Below, piece after piece: positions 1 through 8,764 of a stretch of DNA of 64,000 bases (position 1 is the stretch's first letter; every line of letters begins with the position of its first letter). Where the stretch lies: assembly GCA_965233585.1 (NCBI GenBank), contig CBDDTI010000747.1, forward strand, positions 608,001-672,000, in the 5' to 3' direction. The notes beneath the pieces were generated by a model. That model was not told the DNA's origin. It was given only the letters and a program-made list of their open reading frames with translations, and did not search any database. The position numbers were made by a program, and so were the translations under genes. The DNA is from a bacterium. GTDB lineage: Bacteria; SAR324; NAC60-12.

Positions 1-1068
1 ATTTTTGAGAAGTTGAGAACACGCATGCCACAGCTTTTCAAAAACAATTTGCGGCAGATGGACTTGGGAAAGAGAACATTCTGCCTGAAAACACACATCT
101 TTTTGCAAGGCAGTCGCAAGCTGTTGATTGAGGGATTCAAGACGTTCAAATAATTGCGTGATAGACACCATACCTGCATTAAGTAAGTCGTAGTGTAGGG
201 ACTCAACTTGCTGGGTCAGATGTCCTTTAGCAACATTGGGTTTGAGAGAATTTTGATGAAGTTGTGAACAGTTTTGCAACAACTGATGATAAGTTTTCAT
301 AGGGATTGTCATCAATTCACTATCTTTGTAGTCTGCAGAATGTTGTAGATTGATGCAAAACCCCTCTGCCAAATCAAATAACATCAAGACAGGTTCAATC
401 CACTCTTTCAATTCATTGACAGACTTTGAACAAAAATTTTGCAGCTGAGATTCAAGGTCGTGACATGCGTGACCCAAACAATCCAACTGGCAAAAGAACA
501 ATGTCCCTTTGGCGATGTGTAAATCTTTTTTGAGTTCGTTGATAGGATTTTGTTGTCTGTGAAAATGAGCTAATTTTTCACGCAAGACGGGTAGATATTC
601 CAAAACATTCTTAATTCGCTCTGAATCCATTTGTTGCACCTCTCGCATCAACTGCATGATTTTATTCACCTGTTGATATTCACTTTGGTCTATGTTCGGA
701 ATCAATGAGGCAATCACATAATCAAAGGCTTTTTCTCCCAAAATAGGTTTGAAAGTCACTTGATAAACCAAACCATCATGCCATTTGACAGACAAGTTAG
801 GGCAGAGTTTCATCAAATCCTCTTCTGTCATCAAATTGACATAAAGCTCATCACAAATCAGCTGAAGCCACTCTTCCAGTTGTGTTTTTTCTTTGGGATT
901 TAATGACTTTGAAAAGACTTGATGAATGGTTTGATGAGTAAAATTTTGAAAGGAATTTGTGTTGTCGTTTTCAGTTTCGTAAACCTCAATAATTGTTCCT
1001 TCTCGGGTTTGAAAAACAAGAGAAACTAGATTTGGGTCTTTCGGGATCAGTTCTGAAAAATCAGTCAT
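1..1068 (-). CDS. CheA-like Hpt-containing histidine kinase, N-terminal part (runs off window start)
   Basis: Hand-translated from ATG 1068; no stop in the stretches read. Hpt motif LKKDLHIAKG...LGHACHDLE, then CheA-like MVSITQLFERL...LATALQKDV...LWHACSQLLKN leading toward an HATPase N box. Confidence 0.65.
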   Translation of the reverse strand, partial: MTDFSELIPKDPNLVSLVFQTREGTIIEVYETENDNTNSFQNFTHQTIHQVFSKSLNPKEKTQLEEWLQLICDELYVNLMTEEDLMKLCPNLSVKWHDGLVYQVTFKPILGEKAFDYVIASLIPNIDQSEYQQVNKIMQLMREVQQMDSERIKNVLEYLPVLREKLAHFHRQQNPINELKKDLHIAKGTLFFCQLDCLGHACHDLESQLQNFCSKSVNELKEWIEPVLMLFDLAEGFCINLQHSADYKDSELMTIPMKTYHQLLQNCSQLHQNSLKPNVAKGHLTQQVESLHYDLLNAGMVSITQLFERLESLNQQLATALQKDVCFQAECSLSQVHLPQIVFEKLWHACSQLLKN

Positions 1069-1320
1069 TGATTCAATGTTTTTGGTTTGGAATGTCTTTT
1101 GAGCTTGGAATTTTTACGTCAGGATGCGAAAAATTTCAACCCCGTCAAAAAATAATAAAAACACTCAAGATGCCTTGAAATAAAAGGGATCTTAGAAACA
1201 TTTTTTGACTCAAAAAGACGTAAAGAAGCATCTTTGCATGTTTCACGCCTTAAAAAAAACTTGCATCATTTGAAAAACCAGTTATCCTAACCTGTCTTTA
1301 GTCTATTTATTAGGATAACT

Positions 1321-1431
1321 ATGACACAAGAATCAAGTTCAGAATCAGAAACTTTGACCAAGCAGGTTTGCATCCTTTTCAGTATTGGAATCCTGCTGTT
1401 TACTCTTCCAATCGTTTTTTTCATTTTATGA
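1321..1431 (+). CDS. 36-aa single-TM micro-protein upstream of oxidase operon
   Basis: MTQESSSESETLTKQVCILFSIGILLFTLPIVFFIL; AGGA just upstream; ends 37 nt before coxB. Confidence 0.5.
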   Translation: MTQESSSESETLTKQVCILFSIGILLFTLPIVFFIL

Positions 1432-1468
1432 CTCTTCACCCTAACTTTTTACTAGGAGCTATTCGGCT

Positions 1469-2203
1469 ATGATCTCTTACTTCGTGGAACAAGCATCGGC
1501 TGCTGCCTCAAAAATTGACTTCCTGTTTGACATGATCACTGTCATTGTTGGATTTTGGTTTATTCTGACACAGGGTTTGATTGTTTACTTACTGGTCAAA
1601 TTCAGACGTGGGAAATCTCCCAAAGCTCAGTATATTTCAGGAGAAAAGCATCGTGAGTCTCGTTGGGTACACATTCCTCACTATCTGGTCATTGTTTGTG
1701 ACATTGCAATTATTGCCGTCACCATTCCGCTATGGGGAGAGTTAAAAGTGAACCCAATCGTTCCAGATTTGAAAATCAGAGCAATCGGACAACAATGGTC
1801 TTGGATTTTTATCCACCCAGGAGCCGATGGCATTTTGGACACAGCAGATGACATCAAAACGGTCAATGACCTGAGACTTGTGGTGAACAAAAAGTACCAC
1901 GTTGAGATGCAGTCTCGCGATGTACTCCATGATTTGTCCATTCCAGCTTTCCGTTTCAAACAAGACACAATTCCCGGTCGCTCCGTTTTAGGCTGGTTTG
2001 AGCCAACAAAAACAGGAAATTTTTCAGTGCAGTGTGCTGAAATGTGCGGAATAGGTCATGGTTTAATGGCAGCAAGGGTTCAAGTTCAAACAGAAGAAGA
2101 ACACAAAAAATGGATTGTGTCTGTCCAAAACACACAAGAAGGTGTTGCCCAGACTGAACGAGTTGTAGAGCCGTTTACAGAAAAATTGACTGCAGGTTTC
2201 TAA
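1469..2203 (+). CDS. coxB: Cytochrome c oxidase subunit II (CuA, no fused cytochrome c)
   Basis: Two TM helices, GQQWSW, DVLH and CAEMCGIGHGLM CuA ligands. Confidence 0.95.
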   Translation: MISYFVEQASAAASKIDFLFDMITVIVGFWFILTQGLIVYLLVKFRRGKSPKAQYISGEKHRESRWVHIPHYLVIVCDIAIIAVTIPLWGELKVNPIVPDLKIRAIGQQWSWIFIHPGADGILDTADDIKTVNDLRLVVNKKYHVEMQSRDVLHDLSIPAFRFKQDTIPGRSVLGWFEPTKTGNFSVQCAEMCGIGHGLMAARVQVQTEEEHKKWIVSVQNTQEGVAQTERVVEPFTEKLTAGF

Positions 2204-2265
2204 CTGATTCAAATTTTACAATTCATTTTTAGAAAATCTATTTTATTTTTTTGAGGAGAAGAGTT

Positions 2266-3939
2266 ATGAGTGATCATCACAATCAGAGTTTTTGGAGCAA
2301 GTACGTTTTTTCAGTAGATCACAAAGTGATAGGCATGCAGTATCTGTTTACTGGAATGTTTATGGCTGTGATTGGTGGCTTAATGGCATACGTGTTTAGA
2401 ATGCAACTGGCTTTCCCTGGTGAAGCTGTACCGGGGTTTGGGGTGGTTTCGCCAGCCAACTATAATTCCCTGGTCACGAACCATGGAACCATCATGGTTT
2501 TCTGGGTTGCCATGCCCATTTTACTTGCTGCGCTTGGTAATTTCTTAATTCCGTTGATGATTGGTTGCGATGACATGGTTTTTCCACGGCTCAATCGTCT
2601 TTCCTACCAAATCTTTTTACTGAGTGCCATCGTGTTGATTTTCTCTTGGTTTGTTCCAGGGGGAGGTTTTGGCGGTGCGTGGACTTCTTATCCTCCTCTT
2701 TCTGCACGTGCAGAGTTTAACCATACAGATTGGGGAGCTAGCTTATGGCTTGTGGCAGTTGCATTAGAGATTGTTGCATTTTTAATAGGTGGCATTAACT
2801 TTCTGACAACGACGATGAACTCTAGGGCGCCCGGTATGACAATCTTCCGTTTACCCATCATCGTTTGGATGATCAACATTGCCACAGTGGTTTTTATGGC
2901 TTCCGTTGGACCTTTGGTAGCTGGTGCAATCATGCTTTTTATGGACCAACGTTTGGGAACATCGTTTTTTGTTCCTGACCAAGGCGGTGACCCTATTTTG
3001 TGGCAGCATCTATTTTGGTTTTTTGGACACCCTGAAGTGTACGTAGTCTTATTCCCGCCTATGGGCATTTGTGCAGAAATTTTTACAACTTTTTGCCGAA
3101 AAAAGATATTCGGCTACAAAATCATCATTTACACTGCCATTGCAACGGGTGGACTCAGTTTTATTGTCTGGGCGCACCATCAATTCATTGCAGGAATTGA
3201 CCCGCGGATGGGAACTGTTTTTGCCATCACGACTGTTTTAATTTCCATTCCTGTTGCAGAGATGATCTTTTCTTACATTGCCACACTTTATGGCGGTTCT
3301 ATTGAGTTTAAAACGCCTATGTTGTGGGCATTATCCTTTTTGTTCACTTTCATTCTTGGTGGTGTCACGGGTATTCACTTGGGAGCAAACGCATCTGATG
3401 CCTACCTGCATGATACCTATTTTGTTCTTGCACACTTTCACTATACGTTCTTTCCTATTGCCATCATTGGTTCGTTTGCCGCCTTTTACTATTGGTTTCC
3501 CAAAATGTTTGGAAAGATGCTTGACGAAACGTTAGGCAAAATTCATTGCCTTGGCACAGTTGCTACATTCAACCTTGTGTTCATTCCTCTTTTCTTTTTA
3601 GGACTAGCAGGTCAACATCGTAGAATTTGGGGGTTCACATCTGAGAATTATCCTGAACTTGCCAAATATCAAGATGTTCGTGTGTTTGCCACCGTCTCAT
3701 TGGTTTTCATGTTGCTCTTTCAAATCCCTTTCTTTATCAATCTAATCATCACGTTTCGTAAAAAGACTAAAGATGCGGGCGAAAATCCTTGGAAGGCAAA
3801 TAGCTTAGAATGGCTTACTCCTTCTCCTCCACCACATGGAAACTTCCCGGACGGCATGCCTGAAGTGTATAGAGGACCTTACGAATACAGTCTGCCAGAC
3901 CGTCAAGATGACTACTTTCCCCAATATGTTAAAGCATAA
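2266..3939 (+). CDS. coxA: Heme-copper oxidase subunit I, A1-like active site with atypical proton channels
   Basis: DHKVIG, NHG, WFFGHPEVY, WAHH, HDTYFVLAHFHY, RR; GAGGAG SD before ATG 2266. Confidence 0.95.
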   Translation: MSDHHNQSFWSKYVFSVDHKVIGMQYLFTGMFMAVIGGLMAYVFRMQLAFPGEAVPGFGVVSPANYNSLVTNHGTIMVFWVAMPILLAALGNFLIPLMIGCDDMVFPRLNRLSYQIFLLSAIVLIFSWFVPGGGFGGAWTSYPPLSARAEFNHTDWGASLWLVAVALEIVAFLIGGINFLTTTMNSRAPGMTIFRLPIIVWMINIATVVFMASVGPLVAGAIMLFMDQRLGTSFFVPDQGGDPILWQHLFWFFGHPEVYVVLFPPMGICAEIFTTFCRKKIFGYKIIIYTAIATGGLSFIVWAHHQFIAGIDPRMGTVFAITTVLISIPVAEMIFSYIATLYGGSIEFKTPMLWALSFLFTFILGGVTGIHLGANASDAYLHDTYFVLAHFHYTFFPIAIIGSFAAFYYWFPKMFGKMLDETLGKIHCLGTVATFNLVFIPLFFLGLAGQHRRIWGFTSENYPELAKYQDVRVFATVSLVFMLLFQIPFFINLIITFRKKTKDAGENPWKANSLEWLTPSPPPHGNFPDGMPEVYRGPYEYSLPDRQDDYFPQYVKA

Positions 3940-3959
3940 AATCAATTAGGAGCTGATTT

Positions 3960-4538
3960 ATGGCACATACTCAACCGATTGCAACAACTCGTTCCGCAAC
4001 TGGAGTTCCAACAGGAAGACTGGCGGTGTGGTGGGTGATTTCCTCTGAAATTTTTATTTTTGGGGGGCTCATTCTGACTTACCTACTCATGCGTTTGGGG
4101 CTGCCTGAATGGGGAGAAGATGCGGCACAGACACACACAGTTGCTGGGGCAATCAATACTTTTTTTCTGTTAACTTCCAGTTTAACGATTGTTCTAGCTC
4201 ACCATGCTGCAGAACATAAAGAATGTGATAAAGCGTTCAAATACATCTGGTTTACAATAGGTTTTGGATTATTGTTTTTGGTCGTCAAAAGCTATGAATA
4301 TACCACCAAAATTGTGCATGACATTGTGTTGACAACCAATGTGTTTTGGAGCTTTTACTACACTACAACGGCTCTTCACGCAACTCATGTGGTTGCTGGA
4401 ATGATCATTATGGGGGTCATCTCTTTTGAGGTCAAAAAGGGGAGAAATTTGCAACGTGTGGAACTCATCGGCATCTATTGGCATTTTGTTGATGTGGTTT
4501 GGATTTTCTTGTTTCCTCTGCTCTACATCGCTAAATAA
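3960..4538 (+). CDS. coxC: Cytochrome c oxidase subunit III (short form)
   Basis: SSEIFIFGG, NTFFLLTSS, LHATHV, YWHFVDVVW. Confidence 0.9.
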   Translation: MAHTQPIATTRSATGVPTGRLAVWWVISSEIFIFGGLILTYLLMRLGLPEWGEDAAQTHTVAGAINTFFLLTSSLTIVLAHHAAEHKECDKAFKYIWFTIGFGLLFLVVKSYEYTTKIVHDIVLTTNVFWSFYYTTTALHATHVVAGMIIMGVISFEVKKGRNLQRVELIGIYWHFVDVVWIFLFPLLYIAK

Positions 4539-4556
4539 TTTAAGAAGGAGGTTGTT

Positions 4557-4940
4557 ATGTCTGCTGAAGCATCTACAAAGCGTTATGTTAAAATTTATTT
4601 TATCTTGCTAGGACTTCTGGTTGTCAGCTTAATTGGTCCAGAAATAGGGATTCAATGGATTACATTAATCACAGCTTTTGGAATTGCCATTGTCAAAGCA
4701 TATATTGTTGTTGCAGAGTATATGCACCTGAAAATTGAGAAGAGAGTTGTAATTTACATGATGGCAGTGTCTCTTGTCATGGTTTTTGCGTTCTTTATTG
4801 GTTCTGCACCTGATGTTTTGTCACACAAAGCAGAGCCTTGGTCTCGTGATGGGACAGTTATCTCAGGCAACTGTATTGCATCAAAAAATGAACATTTCAC
4901 CTGCGTTAAGCAACGTCGTCAACTTTTGGAAGAAGAATAA
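4557..4940 (+). CDS. Cytochrome c oxidase subunit IV family protein
   Basis: 3 TM; AIVKAYIVVAEYMHLKIE COX4_pro-type motif; operon position. Confidence 0.85.
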   Translation: MSAEASTKRYVKIYFILLGLLVVSLIGPEIGIQWITLITAFGIAIVKAYIVVAEYMHLKIEKRVVIYMMAVSLVMVFAFFIGSAPDVLSHKAEPWSRDGTVISGNCIASKNEHFTCVKQRRQLLEEE

Positions 4941-4943
4941 AAG

Positions 4944-5513
4944 ATGCCAAATACAGTGCAAACTCACAATCCCCGTATTCCCAATGGTGTTCTGGGTATA
5001 GGAATGGCAATTATTGTAGAAATCGTTTACTTTGCGGCGCTTGTTAGCTCCTATCTTGTCTTGCGTGCCAACACCGTAGAATGGCCCCCTTGGGGGCAAC
5101 CCAGATTGCCAGTTGAAACCACTGCTTTAAACACTGTGGTCTTGCTTTTAAGCGGTTTCTTTCTTTTTCGTGCAAGGCAACAGTTTGTCAGCCAGCCTCA
5201 AACCTTCCCTGCCAGATTAGTCTTACTTTCCATACTTTGTGGAGCGTTCTTTCTTCTTTTTCAAGGTTATGAATGGGTACGGTTGATTAATTTTGGCTTA
5301 ACGGTTCAATCAGGGCAGTATGGCAGTATTTTCTATTTGCTGATTGGTTCACATGCTCTTCATGTTGCTGCGGGCTTATGTGGACTCTGCTATCTTCACT
5401 ACCAGGGACTCAAAAATTGCATGACAAACGAAATGTCGCTTGTGGGTGCAATGTTTTGGTATTTTGTTGTTGGATTGTGGCCGATTTTGTACGTTTTGGT
5501 GTATCTAATTTAG
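4944..5513 (+). CDS. Second cytochrome c oxidase subunit III paralog
   Basis: NTVVLLLS, QGYEW, YGSIFY, HALHV, FWYFVV. Confidence 0.85.
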   Translation: MPNTVQTHNPRIPNGVLGIGMAIIVEIVYFAALVSSYLVLRANTVEWPPWGQPRLPVETTALNTVVLLLSGFFLFRARQQFVSQPQTFPARLVLLSILCGAFFLLFQGYEWVRLINFGLTVQSGQYGSIFYLLIGSHALHVAAGLCGLCYLHYQGLKNCMTNEMSLVGAMFWYFVVGLWPILYVLVYLI

Positions 5514-5546
5514 TCATTCTTTTTCAAATTTTCAAAAAAAGTTTCT

Positions 5547-5759
5547 ATGCCCTACTTAGTGTCATCAGTGTTCTTTTTGTTTTTTTCTCCTGTTTCCCTT
5601 TTTGCATGTGCTGTTTGTGTTGCAGGAAATGAAGCGACCCGCATGACATACTATTGGGCAACGTGGATTATGGCGTTGCTTCCAATCTTGCTCATTGGAA
5701 GTGCAAGCTGGTTTCTTTACAGATTCTTTAAAAAACATTCGGTTGAAGCACAACCGTAA
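5547..5759 (+). CDS. Small membrane protein with CxxC (ACAVC)
   Basis: Signal-like N-terminus, ACAVC, one TM; lies within cox operon. Confidence 0.6.
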   Translation: MPYLVSSVFFLFFSPVSLFACAVCVAGNEATRMTYYWATWIMALLPILLIGSASWFLYRFFKKHSVEAQP

Positions 5760-5797
5760 ACAAATTTTGCCACCTATCAAGCATCATCAATTTCATT

Positions 5798-6706
5798 ATG
5801 AAAGCAAAAAGTGTCGCACTTGCTCTGGCATGCCCTTTGGTTAAAAAATCATTACTTTCGGTGTATTGGGAACTTTTGAAGGTGAGGCTTCTTTCCATGG
5901 CGCTCATCACCCTTGCCCTTGCCTTTTACATGGAGGCTTCTTCTGTCCATGATGTTGTGTTGCTTTTTCATGCTTTAGTTGGGGGGTTTCTTGTTGGAGG
6001 AGGAGGGCATGCCATGAACCAATGGCTGGAAAAAGATTTAGATGCTTTGATGGAGAGAACCCAATCCCGCCCCTTGCCTGCTGAAAAAATTGCTCCTTAT
6101 CATGCCATGTTCTATGGTCTTTCTCTTTCCATAGCAGGTTTTGTGTATCTGGGAATGGCAGTGAATTTGCTTGCCATGGTTTTTGGCATGTTGACATGGT
6201 TTTTGTATGTTTGGGTTTATACGCCGCTCAAGCAAAAAACAATTTGGAATACATGGATTGGTGCCATACCGGGTGCATTACCCACAGTGATTGGATATGT
6301 CTCTGCAACAAATTCGTTGTCGTGGGAAGCTATCAGTTTGTTTAGCCTGCTTTTCTTTTGGCAGATTCCTCATTTTTTTGCGATTGCTGTCATGTATCGT
6401 AAGGACTACCAAAGGGGAAATTATCAGATGCTACCATGCAAAGAAGAGATCCTTCAGAAAACAAGAAGGCATACTTTGGGACATACTTTGTTGACAGTGT
6501 TAGTCAGCTTTTTGCCTGTTTATTTTGGACAAGCAGGATTTGTCTATCTGGCAGGGGCATGTCTTTCAGGAGTAGGCTTTTTGTGGGTCGCATGGCAGTT
6601 TTATCAAAGTCCAAACGTGAACATTGCCCGCCGCTTGTGTATCTCTTCAATCATTTATCTACCTATCGTTTTGTTGGCTCTTGGCATTGACAAATTCATC
6701 TCATAG
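5798..6706 (+). CDS. ctaB: Protoheme IX farnesyltransferase (heme O synthase)
   Basis: NQWLEKDLDALMERTQSRPLP, YTPLKQ, FWQIPHF. Confidence 0.93.
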   Translation: MKAKSVALALACPLVKKSLLSVYWELLKVRLLSMALITLALAFYMEASSVHDVVLLFHALVGGFLVGGGGHAMNQWLEKDLDALMERTQSRPLPAEKIAPYHAMFYGLSLSIAGFVYLGMAVNLLAMVFGMLTWFLYVWVYTPLKQKTIWNTWIGAIPGALPTVIGYVSATNSLSWEAISLFSLLFFWQIPHFFAIAVMYRKDYQRGNYQMLPCKEEILQKTRRHTLGHTLLTVLVSFLPVYFGQAGFVYLAGACLSGVGFLWVAWQFYQSPNVNIARRLCISSIIYLPIVLLALGIDKFIS

Positions 6707-7628
6707 TTTCTTTTGGAGGCTTTCTTATTTTTGTAGCTTCCTGACATGGATATTGATTTCATTTGGCACGATTGTCCGTCTGAAGGGTGCAGGTCTGGCT
6801 TGCCCTGATTGGCCTCTTTGCTATGGTCAAATTGTCCCCCCGCCCGGACTACCGATTGCCTTAGAGGTTGGGCATCGCTTTGTTGCTACCATTCTTGGCA
6901 TTTTTTGCATTCTCCTTGTCACTTTAACTTACAAAAAAGTTTGGAGTGCGTTTAGGATTCACGCCTGGGGTTGTCTGATTTTAGTGACGGTGCAAGGCAT
7001 TTTTGGTGGACTGACTGTGACCATGAAGCTCAACCCGATGATTGTGACTTTTCACCTCATTGGTGGGAATTTAGTCCTTGCTTTGTTTATCTATATGAGT
7101 TACATCAGCAGGTTTGGAGCGGTTAGGAGTTACCAATGGAAGAAAGCGAAACCTCATCTTTTAGCATTGCTGGCATTGTTTGTTGTTTTATTTTCAGGGG
7201 GTTACAACAGCTCCACTTACTCCAGTTATTCATGTCAAGGCTTCCCCGGTTGCCATGCCACCAGTTCTTTTTCATTTGGGGTCAAAGACATTAACCCACA
7301 GATTCCCAAAGTTCATAACTTGTCTGAAGACTTCTTCCCCTTGAATCAATCTACTCTAATTCACATGGTGCATCGTCTTCTTGCTATCACTTTTGGTCTG
7401 GGTATGATGGTCTTTGCATGGAAGCAGCAAGGTCAAGTTCGTAGTATCATCATTCTCTTGTTACTGACTCAGATTGGGGTAGGGGTCGCCAACGCACTCT
7501 TGAGCATTCCTGTTCCTCTTTCTACTCTACATACAGCTATTGCAGCAACACTAGTTGGATTATTGACTTATCAATTCACTCATTCGCTTCATGCTCAGCC
7601 TCACAGTTCAAGACCTACCAGCACTTAA
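6687..7628 (+). CDS. ctaA: Heme A synthase (type 1, Cys-pair form); start uncertain
   Basis: AGLACPDWPLC, EVGHR, QGIFGG, HMVHR, TLH. Confidence 0.88.
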   Translation: MTNSSHSFFWRLSYFCSFLTWILISFGTIVRLKGAGLACPDWPLCYGQIVPPPGLPIALEVGHRFVATILGIFCILLVTLTYKKVWSAFRIHAWGCLILVTVQGIFGGLTVTMKLNPMIVTFHLIGGNLVLALFIYMSYISRFGAVRSYQWKKAKPHLLALLALFVVLFSGGYNSSTYSSYSCQGFPGCHATSSFSFGVKDINPQIPKVHNLSEDFFPLNQSTLIHMVHRLLAITFGLGMMVFAWKQQGQVRSIIILLLLTQIGVGVANALLSIPVPLSTLHTAIAATLVGLLTYQFTHSLHAQPHSSRPTST

Positions 7629-8016
7629 TGCAATCCTCAATACACTAGCATTCTGCTTCATTGTTTCGGCAATCATTGCTATCAAAAAAGGCAATATTCC
7701 ACTACATAAAAGATGTATGTTGACTGCGACATTCATATCCGCATTGTTTTTAACAAGTTACAGCATTTATCACTATTACGTGGGGTCTGTTGCCTTTACA
7801 GGGGTTGGTTTAATACGTGTCGTTTATTTTACTATCTTGATTCCTCACATCATTTTAGCGGCAGTTCAAGTTCCTTTGATTTTGTTCACGCTTTACTTTG
7901 CACTTTCTTCCAAAATTTCCAAACATCGTCGTCTTGCCAAGTGGACAACTCCAATCTGGTTGTTTGTTTCAGTGACTGGTGTCATTATTTATCTGATGCT
8001 TTATCACATGGTTTAG
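7591..8016 (+). CDS. DUF420 (CtaM-like) membrane protein
   Basis: LPALNAILN, HKRCML, FLTSY..YH, HIILA, HRRLAKW..PIWLFVSVTG. Confidence 0.85.
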   Translation: MLSLTVQDLPALNAILNTLAFCFIVSAIIAIKKGNIPLHKRCMLTATFISALFLTSYSIYHYYVGSVAFTGVGLIRVVYFTILIPHIILAAVQVPLILFTLYFALSSKISKHRRLAKWTTPIWLFVSVTGVIIYLMLYHMV

Positions 8017-8017
8017 A

Positions 8018-8764
8018 ATGTCTAAAATCATTGATGTCAAAAACTTGTACACCCATTATGGAAGTCATGCCATTCATACCAACATCAGTTTTCATGTCAA
8101 TCAAGGTGAAATTTTCATCATTCTTGGGGGCAGTGGTTGTGGTAAGAGTACGCTACTCAAACACATAGGCAGATTGCTGACTCCCACACATGGGCAAATC
8201 CTTATTGATCAGGTAGATGTTGCCAATTTGCATGAAGAAGCACTTGTCAAAGCGATGCAACCTGTTGGCTTTATGTTTCAGTCGGGTGCTTTGTTCGGTT
8301 CGCTGAATTTGCTGGAAAATGTCTGCGTGCCATTATACAAATATACTGATTTTCCATCACGATTGATTGAAAGCATTGCCTTTGCAAAACTGAAGTTGGT
8401 AGGTTTAAGCGGTTTTGAAAAGTATTATCCCCATGAGATTAGTGGAGGCATGAAAAAAAGAGCAGGCGTTGCAAGGGCAATGGCACTTGACCCTAAAATC
8501 TTATTGCTAGACGAACCTAGTGCGGGGCTTGACCCCATCAGTGCAGATGAACTGGACGAGCTGATTTTAGAACTCAATCGTGCATTACAAGTGACATTTG
8601 TGATTGTGACGCATGAATTACCCAGCATTTTCAAAATTGCACAACGCGTCATTATGCTGGGGCAATGCAGGATTCAGGCAGAAGGCAAGCCTGAAGATTT
8701 AAAACACTCTCCAAAACCTTGGATTTCTAATTTTTTTCAAAGACGTGGTAAGTTTAAGCAATGA
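8018..8764 (+). CDS. mlaF: MlaF/Mkl-family ABC ATPase
   Basis: GGSGCGKS, FQSGALF, ISGGMKKRAGVARA, DEPSAGLDP. Confidence 0.85.
   Translation: MSKIIDVKNLYTHYGSHAIHTNISFHVNQGEIFIILGGSGCGKSTLLKHIGRLLTPTHGQILIDQVDVANLHEEALVKAMQPVGFMFQSGALFGSLNLLENVCVPLYKYTDFPSRLIESIAFAKLKLVGLSGFEKYYPHEISGGMKKRAGVARAMALDPKILLLDEPSAGLDPISADELDELILELNRALQVTFVIVTHELPSIFKIAQRVIMLGQCRIQAEGKPEDLKHSPKPWISNFFQRRGKFKQ

Noticed and set aside
2266..3939. Classical nitric oxide reductase
   Set aside because: Active-site Tyr (HPEVY), CuA subunit II and heme A synthesis genes fit an O2-reductase scaffold
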